Origin: a virus
Taxonomy: Duplodnaviria; Caudoviricetes
Length of the DNA stretch: 34,689 nt
IMG/VR virus record: IMGVR_UViG_3300045285_000083
Coordinates: 1-34,689 of that record
Reading direction: 5' to 3' (one strand)
The translations under genes and the position numbers were made by a program. This document shows, piece after piece, positions 14,979 through 22,789 of this stretch (the first letter of the stretch is position 1; every line of letters starts with the position of its first letter). The notes below the pieces were generated by a model, which did not search any database, was not told the DNA's origin, and saw only the letters and a list, made by a program, of their open reading frames with translations.

Positions 14979-15229
14979 TGAAGCTCCGTCGCGAGGAGAT
15001 TCTCGACCGTTGCCGTAACGGCGAGCGGCTCACCAAGACCATCGCTACGAATCGCGCCCGCAACCCGGTGATCAGCTACTGCCTGGAGCCGAGCGGCACG
15101 TATGTCGCTGAAAACCAGGGCCGCAGTCTGCTCAACAGCGGCAAGTTCGAGCCGGTGGGCGACGGCCTGTTCGGGTTCAATAGCTCGCAGACCTGGCGGC
15201 TGAAGGGCGTCACGGGGGAATCCGCATGA
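14978..15229 (+). CDS. Hypothetical protein
   Basis: TAATG coupling; DGLFG..SQTW tail. Confidence 0.7.
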   Translation: MKLRREEILDRCRNGERLTKTIATNRARNPVISYCLEPSGTYVAENQGRSLLNSGKFEPVGDGLFGFNSSQTWRLKGVTGESA

Positions 15230-15534
15230 CCGCCGATGACAAACACAGGACGTGGGCCGAACTCGGCGCGGTCACGCAAGCCGCGGTGCGGTGCAAGGAT
15301 CCGGTGTTTCGCGCCTTCCTCGAAGAACAAACCAACCGGTACGAGCCCAACGAGCTCATGAGCCGCGATGACCCCGATTTTTTGCCGGTATCAAACGAGG
15401 AGACGGCCGCCAGCATTGTGCGCGGTATGTGCGAGATCGAATCCCGCCGCGAACTGGCCGACAATCTCAATGCTCAGGCGCTCTGGTACGACCTCGACAA
15501 CCTTTATCAAGCATGGTTGGCCAGGGAACGATGA
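15226..15534 (+). CDS. Hypothetical protein (C.DP.F..FL..VR..C.IESRREL)
   Basis: ATGA coupling. Confidence 0.7.
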   Translation: MTADDKHRTWAELGAVTQAAVRCKDPVFRAFLEEQTNRYEPNELMSRDDPDFLPVSNEETAASIVRGMCEIESRRELADNLNAQALWYDLDNLYQAWLARER

Positions 15535-15716
15535 TGGCGACCTTCCGGCAGAACGACCTCAGGCGGGCGATCAAGGCGGCGCGCAACGCCGGGCTGGAAA
15601 ATTTCCGGGTGGATGTTGACAGGAACGGCCGGATCAGCGTGGTCTCATTGCCGGGCGGCGAGCCGGTGGAACCAGAACGGGCGAGCGGATGGGACAAACC
15701 ACTGGACGGCGAATGA
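15531..15716 (+). CDS. Small protein, excisionase candidate
   Basis: FRQNDLRRAIKAA..G; directly coupled upstream of the integrase. Confidence 0.6.
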   Translation: MMATFRQNDLRRAIKAARNAGLENFRVDVDRNGRISVVSLPGGEPVEPERASGWDKPLDGE

Positions 15717-16798
15717 AGAAGCGCTGGAAATGGGGCGTGCCCCATGTCGATCACCAGGTCGATCGGCACGGTCATCCGCGCTGGTGGTACCGGCGGAGCA
15801 AGGGGCCGCGGCTGGCGGCGCTGCCGATGCCCGGCACGACTGGTTTCCTGGCGGCATGGGAGGCGGCTGATAAGAAGGCGGATGGTCTCGAAGTGCCGGC
15901 GGTCGGCGCACGCATGACCCGGCCGGGCACATTGTCGGCGGCGCTGGTGGCCTACTACGGTTCGACGGGCTGGATCCAGGGACTGGCACCGGGCACACGA
16001 GCCATGCGGCGGCCGATCCTGGAGAAGCTGCGCGGCCGCTATGGCGGCGAGCCGATGCGTGAGCTGAAGCGCGAGCACGTTCAGAAATGGCTCAAGCCGC
16101 TTAAACCGAATGCGCAAAGGAACTGGATGAAGGCGTTGGGTCACTTCGTGAAATTCGCGCTGGCCGATGGCTTGATCCAGGTCAACCCGCTCGACGGCGT
16201 GGTCAGGGACAAAGCTGGGCGTAGCGACGGTCATATCGCCTTTACCGAGGACGACGTCGAGCAGTATCGCGCGCGGCACCCGCTTGGCAGCCGCGAGCGG
16301 CTGGCGCTCGAGATCATGCTCAACCTCGGCTTACGCCGTTCCGATGCCCACCGGATCGGGCCGTCCGACATCAAGGGCGGCTGGCTGCGGGATTTCGAGC
16401 CGAAGAAAACCGCCCGCACTACCGGGGTCAAGATCAACGTGCCGCTGCATTCCGACCTGGTGGCGGCGATTGCGGCTATGAGCGTGGTGTCGACCAGGAC
16501 GTTCCTTGTGACCGACCACGGCAAACCGTTTGCCAGCGAGGCATCGTTCGGCAACTGGATGCGCAAGGCCTGCGACGCCGCCGGGCTGTCGGAAGTCTCG
16601 AGCCACGGCCTGCGCAAGGCGGCGGCGATCCGGCTCGCCTACGCGGGCGCGCAGGCGCCCGAACTGATGAAGGTATTCGGCTGGCGCACCATCACGCAGG
16701 CACAGGTTTATGTCGACCAGGCCGACGCGATGCGGATGGCGGCCAGTGCGATGGCGCGGCTAGTGGCGTATCAGAAGGAAACCGCACCCAAAGGATGA
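15713..16798 (+). CDS. int: Tyrosine integrase
   Basis: GLRRSDA (R), KKT (K), HGLRK (HxxR), FGW, QVY (Y). Confidence 0.95.
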   Translation: MKKRWKWGVPHVDHQVDRHGHPRWWYRRSKGPRLAALPMPGTTGFLAAWEAADKKADGLEVPAVGARMTRPGTLSAALVAYYGSTGWIQGLAPGTRAMRRPILEKLRGRYGGEPMRELKREHVQKWLKPLKPNAQRNWMKALGHFVKFALADGLIQVNPLDGVVRDKAGRSDGHIAFTEDDVEQYRARHPLGSRERLALEIMLNLGLRRSDAHRIGPSDIKGGWLRDFEPKKTARTTGVKINVPLHSDLVAAIAAMSVVSTRTFLVTDHGKPFASEASFGNWMRKACDAAGLSEVSSHGLRKAAAIRLAYAGAQAPELMKVFGWRTITQAQVYVDQADAMRMAASAMARLVAYQKETAPKG

Positions 16799-16806
16799 AG
16801 GAAGTT

Positions 16807-16990
16807 TCCCCAACCCTTGACCCCAAGGTTGGGGAGGAAATGAAAAAACGTAACGAAAACAAAGGGATTTTTGACAAATGGCGATCCCGGCAGAAAGAGA
16901 ACCTAGCAAGAAAATCAAACACTTAATCGCCCCAACCCGCTCAAAAGCGTTATTGAGCGCACAAGCGAATTTCTTTTCTCCCCAACCCTG
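16807..16990. other. attP: tRNA-3'-end core, arm-type repeats and IHF site
   Basis: 16879-16893 reverse complement CTGCCGGGATCGCCA (tRNA acceptor end with CCA); CCCCAACC at ~16808, ~16929, ~16980 and inverted at ~16828; AATCAAACACTTA 16913-16925 matches WATCAANNNNTTR. Confidence 0.75.
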
Positions 16991-17003
16991 ACGGGGAGCA
17001 GGA

Positions 17004-17630
17004 ATGACCGCGAAGCACTCCACCCGCTGGTTCTGGAGTGACTGGTCCGGTGATCCGGCGGTGCGCCGCCTGACGCCGGCCGAGCGCGGACTGTGGATTG
17101 ATCTGTTGGCAATCGCGGCGGTGGCAGCACCTACCGGTTATGTCTGCGACGAAAGAGGGAATCCGGTTTCGTACGAGGAGATGGCTCGCTTCGCGAACTG
17201 TTCTCCCACCGAGGCGGAAAGTCTGGTCGTCGGCATACTGGATAAGGGCGTCGCAGGCCGTGACCGCGCCGGGCGGTTGTTCAACCGGCGTATGGTGCGC
17301 GACGTCGCACTATCCGAGAAAAGGCGGGCCGCTGGTAGCACCGGCGGCACCGCTACTAAATTGAAATGGCAAGCGATCTCAGGTTTGCCGGGCGATTTGC
17401 CGGGCCATGTGCCACGGCAAACCGGGACGCGCGCCTTTCCAGAAAGAATAACTAAAACCTTTTCCGGAGCTGCGCGCGAGGGTGCAGTGCAGCAAACCAC
17501 GGCTGCTGCCGATGCTGCGACACCGGCTGGCTTTGCAAAGGAAGCAAGGGAAGCGGTGCAAAAAAGCGCGAGTTCGATCGGCTCGGGCGAGCTTGTCGCC
17601 AACGTCCAACAGCGCGGGTGGGTGAAATGA
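17004..17630 (+). CDS. Putative replication initiator (YdaU/DUF1376-like N-terminus)
   Basis: WFWSDW..DP.VR.LT..ERGLWIDLL; RRMVRD; GGAG RBS. Confidence 0.65.
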   Translation: MTAKHSTRWFWSDWSGDPAVRRLTPAERGLWIDLLAIAAVAAPTGYVCDERGNPVSYEEMARFANCSPTEAESLVVGILDKGVAGRDRAGRLFNRRMVRDVALSEKRRAAGSTGGTATKLKWQAISGLPGDLPGHVPRQTGTRAFPERITKTFSGAAREGAVQQTTAAADAATPAGFAKEAREAVQKSASSIGSGELVANVQQRGWVK

Positions 17631-17643
17631 TCGCGCTGATCAG

Positions 17644-18228
17644 GTGGCAAACATGAACGCGATGACCAAGGGCGAGCGCGAGGACCTGATCCGGTTGATC
17701 AAGCAACGCGAGCGCGTGGCGAAGACGGCGGCGGAACAGCGCTCAGCGGCGATGCTGGCGCAATTCGAGCAGCAGGTGTCAGCGGTGCATTCGTTCGCCA
17801 CCAACGACGTCTGGCGCGCGGCGGTCGAGGCTGTACAGGGCGCGACGCAGGAGGCGATGAAGAAGATCGAAGCCGAGTGCGGCAAGCTCGGCATCCCGGA
17901 GGAATTCCAGCCGCGCGTCAGCTTCGGATGGGCGCAGCGCGGCGAGAACGCCTACGAGGTCCGGCGGACTGAGCTGCGGCGCGTCGCCAAGGCCGAGATC
18001 GACGCGATGGAGAAGGTCGCGCGGGTGCAGATCGAGCAAGCCAGCGTGCAGGCACAGACCGAAGTGATCGCCAACGGCCTGACCAGCGCCGCCGCCATCG
18101 AGTTTCTCAGGAGAATGCCCGCCATCGAGACCATGATGCCTGCGCTCGACGTTACTGCCATCCAAGCCAAGCTCGCCGACCGCGCGCGTCAGGCGCGCAG
18201 CTACAGCGGCCCTCATCTGATCGAGTGA
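17644..18228 (+). CDS. Hypothetical coiled-coil protein
   Basis: 194 aa, strong GC3 codon bias. Confidence 0.75.
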   Translation: MANMNAMTKGEREDLIRLIKQRERVAKTAAEQRSAAMLAQFEQQVSAVHSFATNDVWRAAVEAVQGATQEAMKKIEAECGKLGIPEEFQPRVSFGWAQRGENAYEVRRTELRRVAKAEIDAMEKVARVQIEQASVQAQTEVIANGLTSAAAIEFLRRMPAIETMMPALDVTAIQAKLADRARQARSYSGPHLIE

Positions 18229-18494
18229 TCGCCATGACCGGCAAAACCTTCGATCCTGTGACCGATCGAGTATTTGCGATTGAGGGCGACTGGGCCGTGG
18301 GAGCCGACGAACTTCAGTGGATCCTGTACCGCCGCCGAACCCGTCGCAGCGGACCATACTGGCAGGCGATCTCGTTCGTCCGCTCCTCGAGGGATGTCCT
18401 CGCCCGATGCATGCGGGAGAAGGGTTTAGAGCCCGGTACAGCGGCTCAATTGCTCGCCACGCTCCAGCGCAGGATCCAGGAGAGCGCCAGATGA
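18225..18494 (+). CDS. Hypothetical protein (DELQWIL..SFVRS.RDVLARCMREKG)
   Basis: GTGA/ATGA coupling. Confidence 0.65.
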   Translation: MIAMTGKTFDPVTDRVFAIEGDWAVGADELQWILYRRRTRRSGPYWQAISFVRSSRDVLARCMREKGLEPGTAAQLLATLQRRIQESAR

Positions 18495-19069
18495 GGGGCC
18501 GCAAGCCATACGATCCCTATCTGCAAGGCCCGCAGGTCCACGACCGCCGCGCCCGCGAGATCAACCGCGGCTCGGCGGCGCACATCGTCGAGGTCGAGGT
18601 CGACGATCCCTACGAGGCCGGGGCCAGGATCTCGGCGGTGCGTTCGGTGCGCGACGACCCGCTGGCCGACCATCTCGCCCGCGGCCATATCGACCAGGCC
18701 CAGTACGAAGCCGGTAGGGCATTCCAGCGGTGGTTTGCCGTGGCAGAGAGAGGCCCCCGCGCGATGCAATTGAGTGAGGCGGTGGATGGCGACCCGCCGC
18801 GGGAAATTCTCACTGACGAGCAGCTCTGGGCCACCAAATGGCTAACCAAAGCCTACGGGGTGCTGGGCCGGGATGGCTCGATCCTGATGCACGAAATGCT
18901 GATCCAGAACAAGACCACCCGGCAGATTGCGGCAGCGCGGGGCATGGTGGGATCGGCCTGCAAGTTGTATTTCGCCCGGCGACTTTTTGAAGCCCTCAAT
19001 ACACTGGCTGAAACCTTCGGATTTTCCAATCCAGCGATAGTATGCCAGATGTGGTACTCTGGCCTTTGA
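18491..19069 (+). CDS. Putative late-gene regulator (Q-position; DPL..L.RG.I..QYEAG motif, C-terminal HTH)
   Basis: Last early gene, followed by a promoter-terminator pair. Confidence 0.6.
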   Translation: MRGRKPYDPYLQGPQVHDRRAREINRGSAAHIVEVEVDDPYEAGARISAVRSVRDDPLADHLARGHIDQAQYEAGRAFQRWFAVAERGPRAMQLSEAVDGDPPREILTDEQLWATKWLTKAYGVLGRDGSILMHEMLIQNKTTRQIAAARGMVGSACKLYFARRLFEALNTLAETFGFSNPAIVCQMWYSGL

Positions 19070-19082
19070 ATGGTGCAAGCCC

Positions 19083-19110
19083 TTGACCTATGGGTAACTC
19101 ATGGTAAAAA
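19083..19110 (+). promoter_or_regulatory. PR'-like late promoter
   Basis: TTGACC-N16-TAAAAA with TGn extension. Confidence 0.5.
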
Positions 19111-19123
19111 CACCACAATCGAC

Positions 19124-19159
19124 AAGCCGCCCGCGGGGAACCCCGTCAGGCGGCTTTTT
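19124..19159 (+). terminator. Intrinsic terminator
   Basis: AAGCCGCC..GGCGGCTT stem followed by a T-run. Confidence 0.7.
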
Positions 19160-19201
19160 CGATTGTCTCGCCCTCGGATTTTCGCCGGGATGACGATGAT
19201 G

Positions 19202-19735
19202 TTAGTTGGTCTGCTTACACTGCCGCCCGTTGATCCAGAGGTCGCCGTTTTTCCGGAAGTCCCAGCTACCGCGGGGCGGAACGGTGTCGCCCTCATAGTA
19301 TTTGCCTTTGCCCATCGATATGAAAAACCGACCCCTGTTCGCGGCGGCTGTAATGTCGTTGTCGCAGTTCCATTCGGCCGCGGTGCCGCTCATCTCGAAA
19401 CCTTCCTCACAGCGAACGTGAAGCTGCGTTATGCCCGAGCCTTCTGCATCTCCATAGAGACTGCCCATCTCTTCAATTATGTGACCTCCCTCAGTATCAG
19501 CAGCCCGGGCACTATAGGGCGCCTTGAAAAGCTTGATAACGCGATCGCCTTTAGCAAGACATTGGTTGCGGGTAGCAAAGGTTTCCTTTGTAACCCAATC
19601 AGTTGTTTCGCGCTTGTCTACGCAGCGACTTCGCGTAGCACAGTTCCGGAGCTGCATGTCAAAGCTCAGAAACCATTCGGCATGAGCGGGAGAGGCAAGA
19701 GCAAGCAACAGGCTAGCGGCAATCAGGGTTTTCAC
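19202..19735 (-). CDS. Exported Cys-containing moron protein
   Basis: Signal peptide MKTLIAASLLLALASPAHA; six Cys. Confidence 0.75.
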   Translation of the reverse strand: MKTLIAASLLLALASPAHAEWFLSFDMQLRNCATRSRCVDKRETTDWVTKETFATRNQCLAKGDRVIKLFKAPYSARAADTEGGHIIEEMGSLYGDAEGSGITQLHVRCEEGFEMSGTAAEWNCDNDITAAANRGRFFISMGKGKYYEGDTVPPRGSWDFRKNGDLWINGRQCKQTN

Positions 19736-19769
19736 GGAGCACCTTTCTGTTCGGTATTCAAGCGCACCA

Positions 19770-19994
19770 TTATCGGCGCCATTCTACCCTTTCATCCGCA
19801 CGTAGTTCATGAAATGGGCCGGGCCGGAAGTTCGATTCGCGCCGGAAGGTGCGATCCGATACGAATGGCATGATGTACGGAACACCAGGAGGCTTTGCCT
19901 CTGGTGGAGCTGCAATGACAACATCTCCAAAAGCATAGGCCGCGCTGCTAAACAGCGCAGTGAAAGTAACGGTCGCAATCAGTAATTTCTTCAC
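19770..19994 (-). CDS. Small exported protein
   Basis: Signal peptide MKKLLIATVTFTALFSSAAYA; GTGA coupling. Confidence 0.6.
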   Translation of the reverse strand: MKKLLIATVTFTALFSSAAYAFGDVVIAAPPEAKPPGVPYIMPFVSDRTFRRESNFRPGPFHELRADERVEWRR

Positions 19995-20194
19995 TTTGTA
20001 ATTCCTTCAATTTCGTCTGGGTTGAGTTTCAATTCAATCATGATCCGCAAAAGTTTGGCGACCGGCTCGGGGATGCGGGTTTCCCCGAGCGCGTAACTCT
20101 GAGAAGTTCGTCGGCCGATACCGAGCCAGTCGCCGGCTCTCTCTTGGCTGAGGCCGAGAGCCTTGATGGCGGTGCGGTATTGGGTGGGAGTCAC
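19991..20194 (-). CDS. Small XRE-type HTH regulator
   Basis: MTPTQYR..I.ALGLSQ..AG.WLGIG.RTSQ.YA.GE..IPEPVAKLL. Confidence 0.85.
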   Translation of the reverse strand: MTPTQYRTAIKALGLSQERAGDWLGIGRRTSQSYALGETRIPEPVAKLLRIMIELKLNPDEIEGITK

Positions 20195-20340
20195 TGTTGC
20201 TGCGCCTCGCCGGTTGCTAGTTTTAGCTCAGCGGCGTCGATAGAGATCGGGAGCCAGCGGCGAGCCAAGCCCCAGTAGTGGGCACGGCGCTTGCCGTTCT
20301 TGTCGACTGAAAAGCGGATGGTGATCTTGGGCTTGGTCAT
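20191..20340 (-). CDS. 49-aa hypothetical protein (MTKPKITIRFSVDKNGKRRAHYW..)
   Basis: Manually translated; GGAG RBS; GTGA coupling to the HTH gene. Confidence 0.65.
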   Translation of the reverse strand: MTKPKITIRFSVDKNGKRRAHYWGLARRWLPISIDAAELKLATGEAQQQ

Positions 20341-20365
20341 TTGCTTGCTCCGTTTCAATGAACGC

Positions 20366-20393
20366 AACATACACGCTATTTCAGCGTACGCAA
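20366..20393 (-). promoter_or_regulatory. Moron promoter with a palindromic operator in the spacer
   Basis: TTGCGT-N16-TATGTT on minus; ACGCT-N5-AGCGT at 20373-20387. Confidence 0.55.
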
Positions 20394-20434
20394 GTCCCGC
20401 GTTATCCGTAAGACTACGGTGAAGTAGGTTTCAC

Positions 20435-20569
20435 ATGAAAGCCAAGCCAAAGAAGCGGACGACGGATGATCGAGCCGCCTTGCGTCGGGCCGTTAAGCGC
20501 AGGGACAAGGTGACTGTCGTGCGCGTCATCAAGCCGACGCAGTCGAGAACATCAGGGCGTGGACAGTAA
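20435..20569 (+). CDS. 44-aa basic peptide
   Basis: MKAKPKKRTTDDRAALRRAVKRR..; overlaps the HNH start. Confidence 0.4.
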   Translation: MKAKPKKRTTDDRAALRRAVKRRDKVTVVRVIKPTQSRTSGRGQ

Positions 20570-20903
20570 GCAGGCCTACGAGGCCAGGCGTAAGGCGGCC
20601 CTGCCATGGCGTGCCTGGTACCACACCCCACGGTGGCGCCGCTTGCGGGCAGCACAGCTAAGGGCACAGCCCATGTGCTGCATGTGCAAGCAACGCGGCA
20701 TTGATCGACCAGCATCCGTTTGCAATCACATCGTCCGTCACAACGGCGACTGGGGGGCGTTCTGGGCTGGCCCGTTCAATAGTTTATGCAAGAATTGTCA
20801 CGACAGCGATCAGCAACGGATCGAGGGCGGCAACAAGCCGCGCGTGTTCGTCGACGCCGACGGTTGGCCGCGCGAACCGGGGCATCCGTGGTCAAATCGA
20901 TGA
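20559..20903 (+). CDS. Packaging-associated HNH endonuclease (HK97 gp74-like)
   Basis: WY.T.RW..LR..QL..QP.C.MC, CNHI..H.GD..FW..SLCK.CHDS, DADGWP; upstream of terL. Confidence 0.88.
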   Translation: MDSKQAYEARRKAALPWRAWYHTPRWRRLRAAQLRAQPMCCMCKQRGIDRPASVCNHIVRHNGDWGAFWAGPFNSLCKNCHDSDQQRIEGGNKPRVFVDADGWPREPGHPWSNR

Positions 20904-21019
20904 CCGGGGGGGGCATCTCGAAAAATTCGCGCCGGGGGAGCAGGAACCGCATGCGGCGTTTTTTGCACGCGCTAAGTGGAACTCACTAGGATGCACGCGC
21001 TAAGGGAACTCCATTAGGA
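20904..21019. other. Putative cos/packaging region with a 28-bp tandem repeat
   Basis: G8 run at 20906-20913 right after the HNH; TGCACGCGCTAAG..GGAACT..TAGGA at 20964-20991 and 20992-21019. Confidence 0.55.
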
Positions 21020-22632
21020 TGACGGAAGCCAGGGGTACGGCACTGCAGCGCCAGGCGCGCGAAGCTCTCGCTGACAAGCGGCCGCGTAAACTGCCGTGGC
21101 AGAAGAAAGGGCTGTCTCGGGTCGAGCGGGTGATCGCATTCTTGGAATTTCTGCCGATCACCAAAGGCATCAAACTAGGCACCAACCTGAAATTACTGCC
21201 AGGTCAACGGCGCTTCATCGAGCGTGTCTATGGTTCGACCGGCGTTCGGCTGGCGGTGCGTTCGGAACCGCGCGGCAACGGCAAAACTGGGCTAGTTTCG
21301 GGACTGGCGCTTTGCCATTTACTCGGGCCTGAAGCGGAACTGCGCGGCGAATGTTATTCGGCCGCGGTGAACCGGTTGCAGTCGGCGCTGATGCATGACG
21401 AAATGGTTGCGATCCTGCATGCGGTGCCGGAATTTGCGGTGGTGACCCGTGTGCGTTCGGGCGGACAGCGGCGCTGCATCGAGGTGACGGACGGGCCGGG
21501 CAAGGGCTCGAAATACGAGGCATTGTCGGCCGATGCGCGGCGCGGTCACGGGCTGGCGCCCAGCTGGTGGTGCTATGACGAGATGGCGCAGACCAGGGAT
21601 CGGAAGTTGTTCGACGCGCTGCGTACTGCGATGGGCAAGCGCAAGCGCTGTCTGGGGATCATCCTGTCGACCCAGGCCGAGGACGACGAGCATCCCCTCA
21701 GTCAACTGATAGACGACGGGCTGGCCGGCGACGATCCGGCGCTGGTGATTGACCTGACCTGTGCGCCGCCGAATGCCGACGTGTTTGATCATGAGGTGAT
21801 CCGCGCGACCAACCCGGCGCTGGGGGTGTTTCTCGACCCAGAGACGATCTTCAAGGAAGCCGAGCAGGCCAAGCGGATGCCGAGCGCGGAGAGCGCGTTC
21901 CGCAATCTGCGCTGCAACCAGCGCATTCAGACGGCGGCCGACATGCTGTGCACGCCGGCGGTCTGGAACCAGGGCGACGATGCGATTGACGAAGCCATCT
22001 TCCGCGACGGGCGAGCGGTGTATGGCGGGCTGGATCTGTCGGCGCGGCTGGATCTCACCGCGATTGTTTTGGCCGCGGAAGATAACAACCGCCGCATTCA
22101 CCTGAAGCCTCTGGCCTGGACGCCGGAAAAGACCCTCATGACGCGGACGCAGCGCGATGGTGCGCCGTATGACGCCTGGCACCGGCAGGGCGTGCTGAAG
22201 GCGACACCCGGGCTGACGATCGATTACGACTATGTGCTGGCCGATATCGTCGAGGCGACCGGCGGCATGAATCTGGTCAGTGTTGCGTTCGACAACTGGA
22301 ACATCAACGCGCTGCGCCAGGCGATGGGCCGGATGGGCATTGCGCTGCCGCTGGTGCCGTTCATCCAGGGTTACAAGAGCTATTCGCCCGCGATCAGGGA
22401 ATTTGAAGTCGCGGCGACTGAAAGCCGGATCGTGCATGGCGGCCATCCGGTGTTGCGCTGGTGCATTTCCAACACCGTGTTGCAGCATCAGCCAGGCACG
22501 CCGCAGGGCAATCGCAAGCCGGAGAAGCGGCGCACCTATGGCCGGATCGATTTGGCGGTTGCCGCATTGATGGTGATCGGCGTCATGAAGAGCTCGGGCG
22601 TCGAGCTCGATATCGCCGGAATGATTGGGTAG
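21019..22632 (+). CDS. terL: Terminase large subunit
   Basis: PRGNGKT Walker A, WCYDE Walker B, GGLDLS..DLTA and RIDLAVA nuclease motifs. Confidence 0.96.
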   Translation: MTEARGTALQRQAREALADKRPRKLPWQKKGLSRVERVIAFLEFLPITKGIKLGTNLKLLPGQRRFIERVYGSTGVRLAVRSEPRGNGKTGLVSGLALCHLLGPEAELRGECYSAAVNRLQSALMHDEMVAILHAVPEFAVVTRVRSGGQRRCIEVTDGPGKGSKYEALSADARRGHGLAPSWWCYDEMAQTRDRKLFDALRTAMGKRKRCLGIILSTQAEDDEHPLSQLIDDGLAGDDPALVIDLTCAPPNADVFDHEVIRATNPALGVFLDPETIFKEAEQAKRMPSAESAFRNLRCNQRIQTAADMLCTPAVWNQGDDAIDEAIFRDGRAVYGGLDLSARLDLTAIVLAAEDNNRRIHLKPLAWTPEKTLMTRTQRDGAPYDAWHRQGVLKATPGLTIDYDYVLADIVEATGGMNLVSVAFDNWNINALRQAMGRMGIALPLVPFIQGYKSYSPAIREFEVAATESRIVHGGHPVLRWCISNTVLQHQPGTPQGNRKPEKRRTYGRIDLAVAALMVIGVMKSSGVELDIAGMIG

Positions 22633-22789
22633 CGATTCAATGACAGCCGACGAACTCGAGGCCGAGGGCCGTCGCCTACATGGGCTTGGGCACTTTGTTG
22701 TCTTCCTGTACCCATCCCAAGAATGGTTGGCTGTGAAGACGCAAACGCCGTTCTTGAGATACGGCCGCTTTAACTGAAGGCATTCCCAC

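Noticed and set aside
16879-16904. A tRNA gene
   Set aside because: Only the 3' ~15 nt match; no full cloverleaf, so treated as att core
19070-19873. 267-aa plus-strand ORF
   Set aside because: Runs through a terminator and is antisense to signal-peptide genes with better features
22640-22777. 45-aa ORF between terL and capsid
   Set aside because: No clear RBS or motif; cannot be supported
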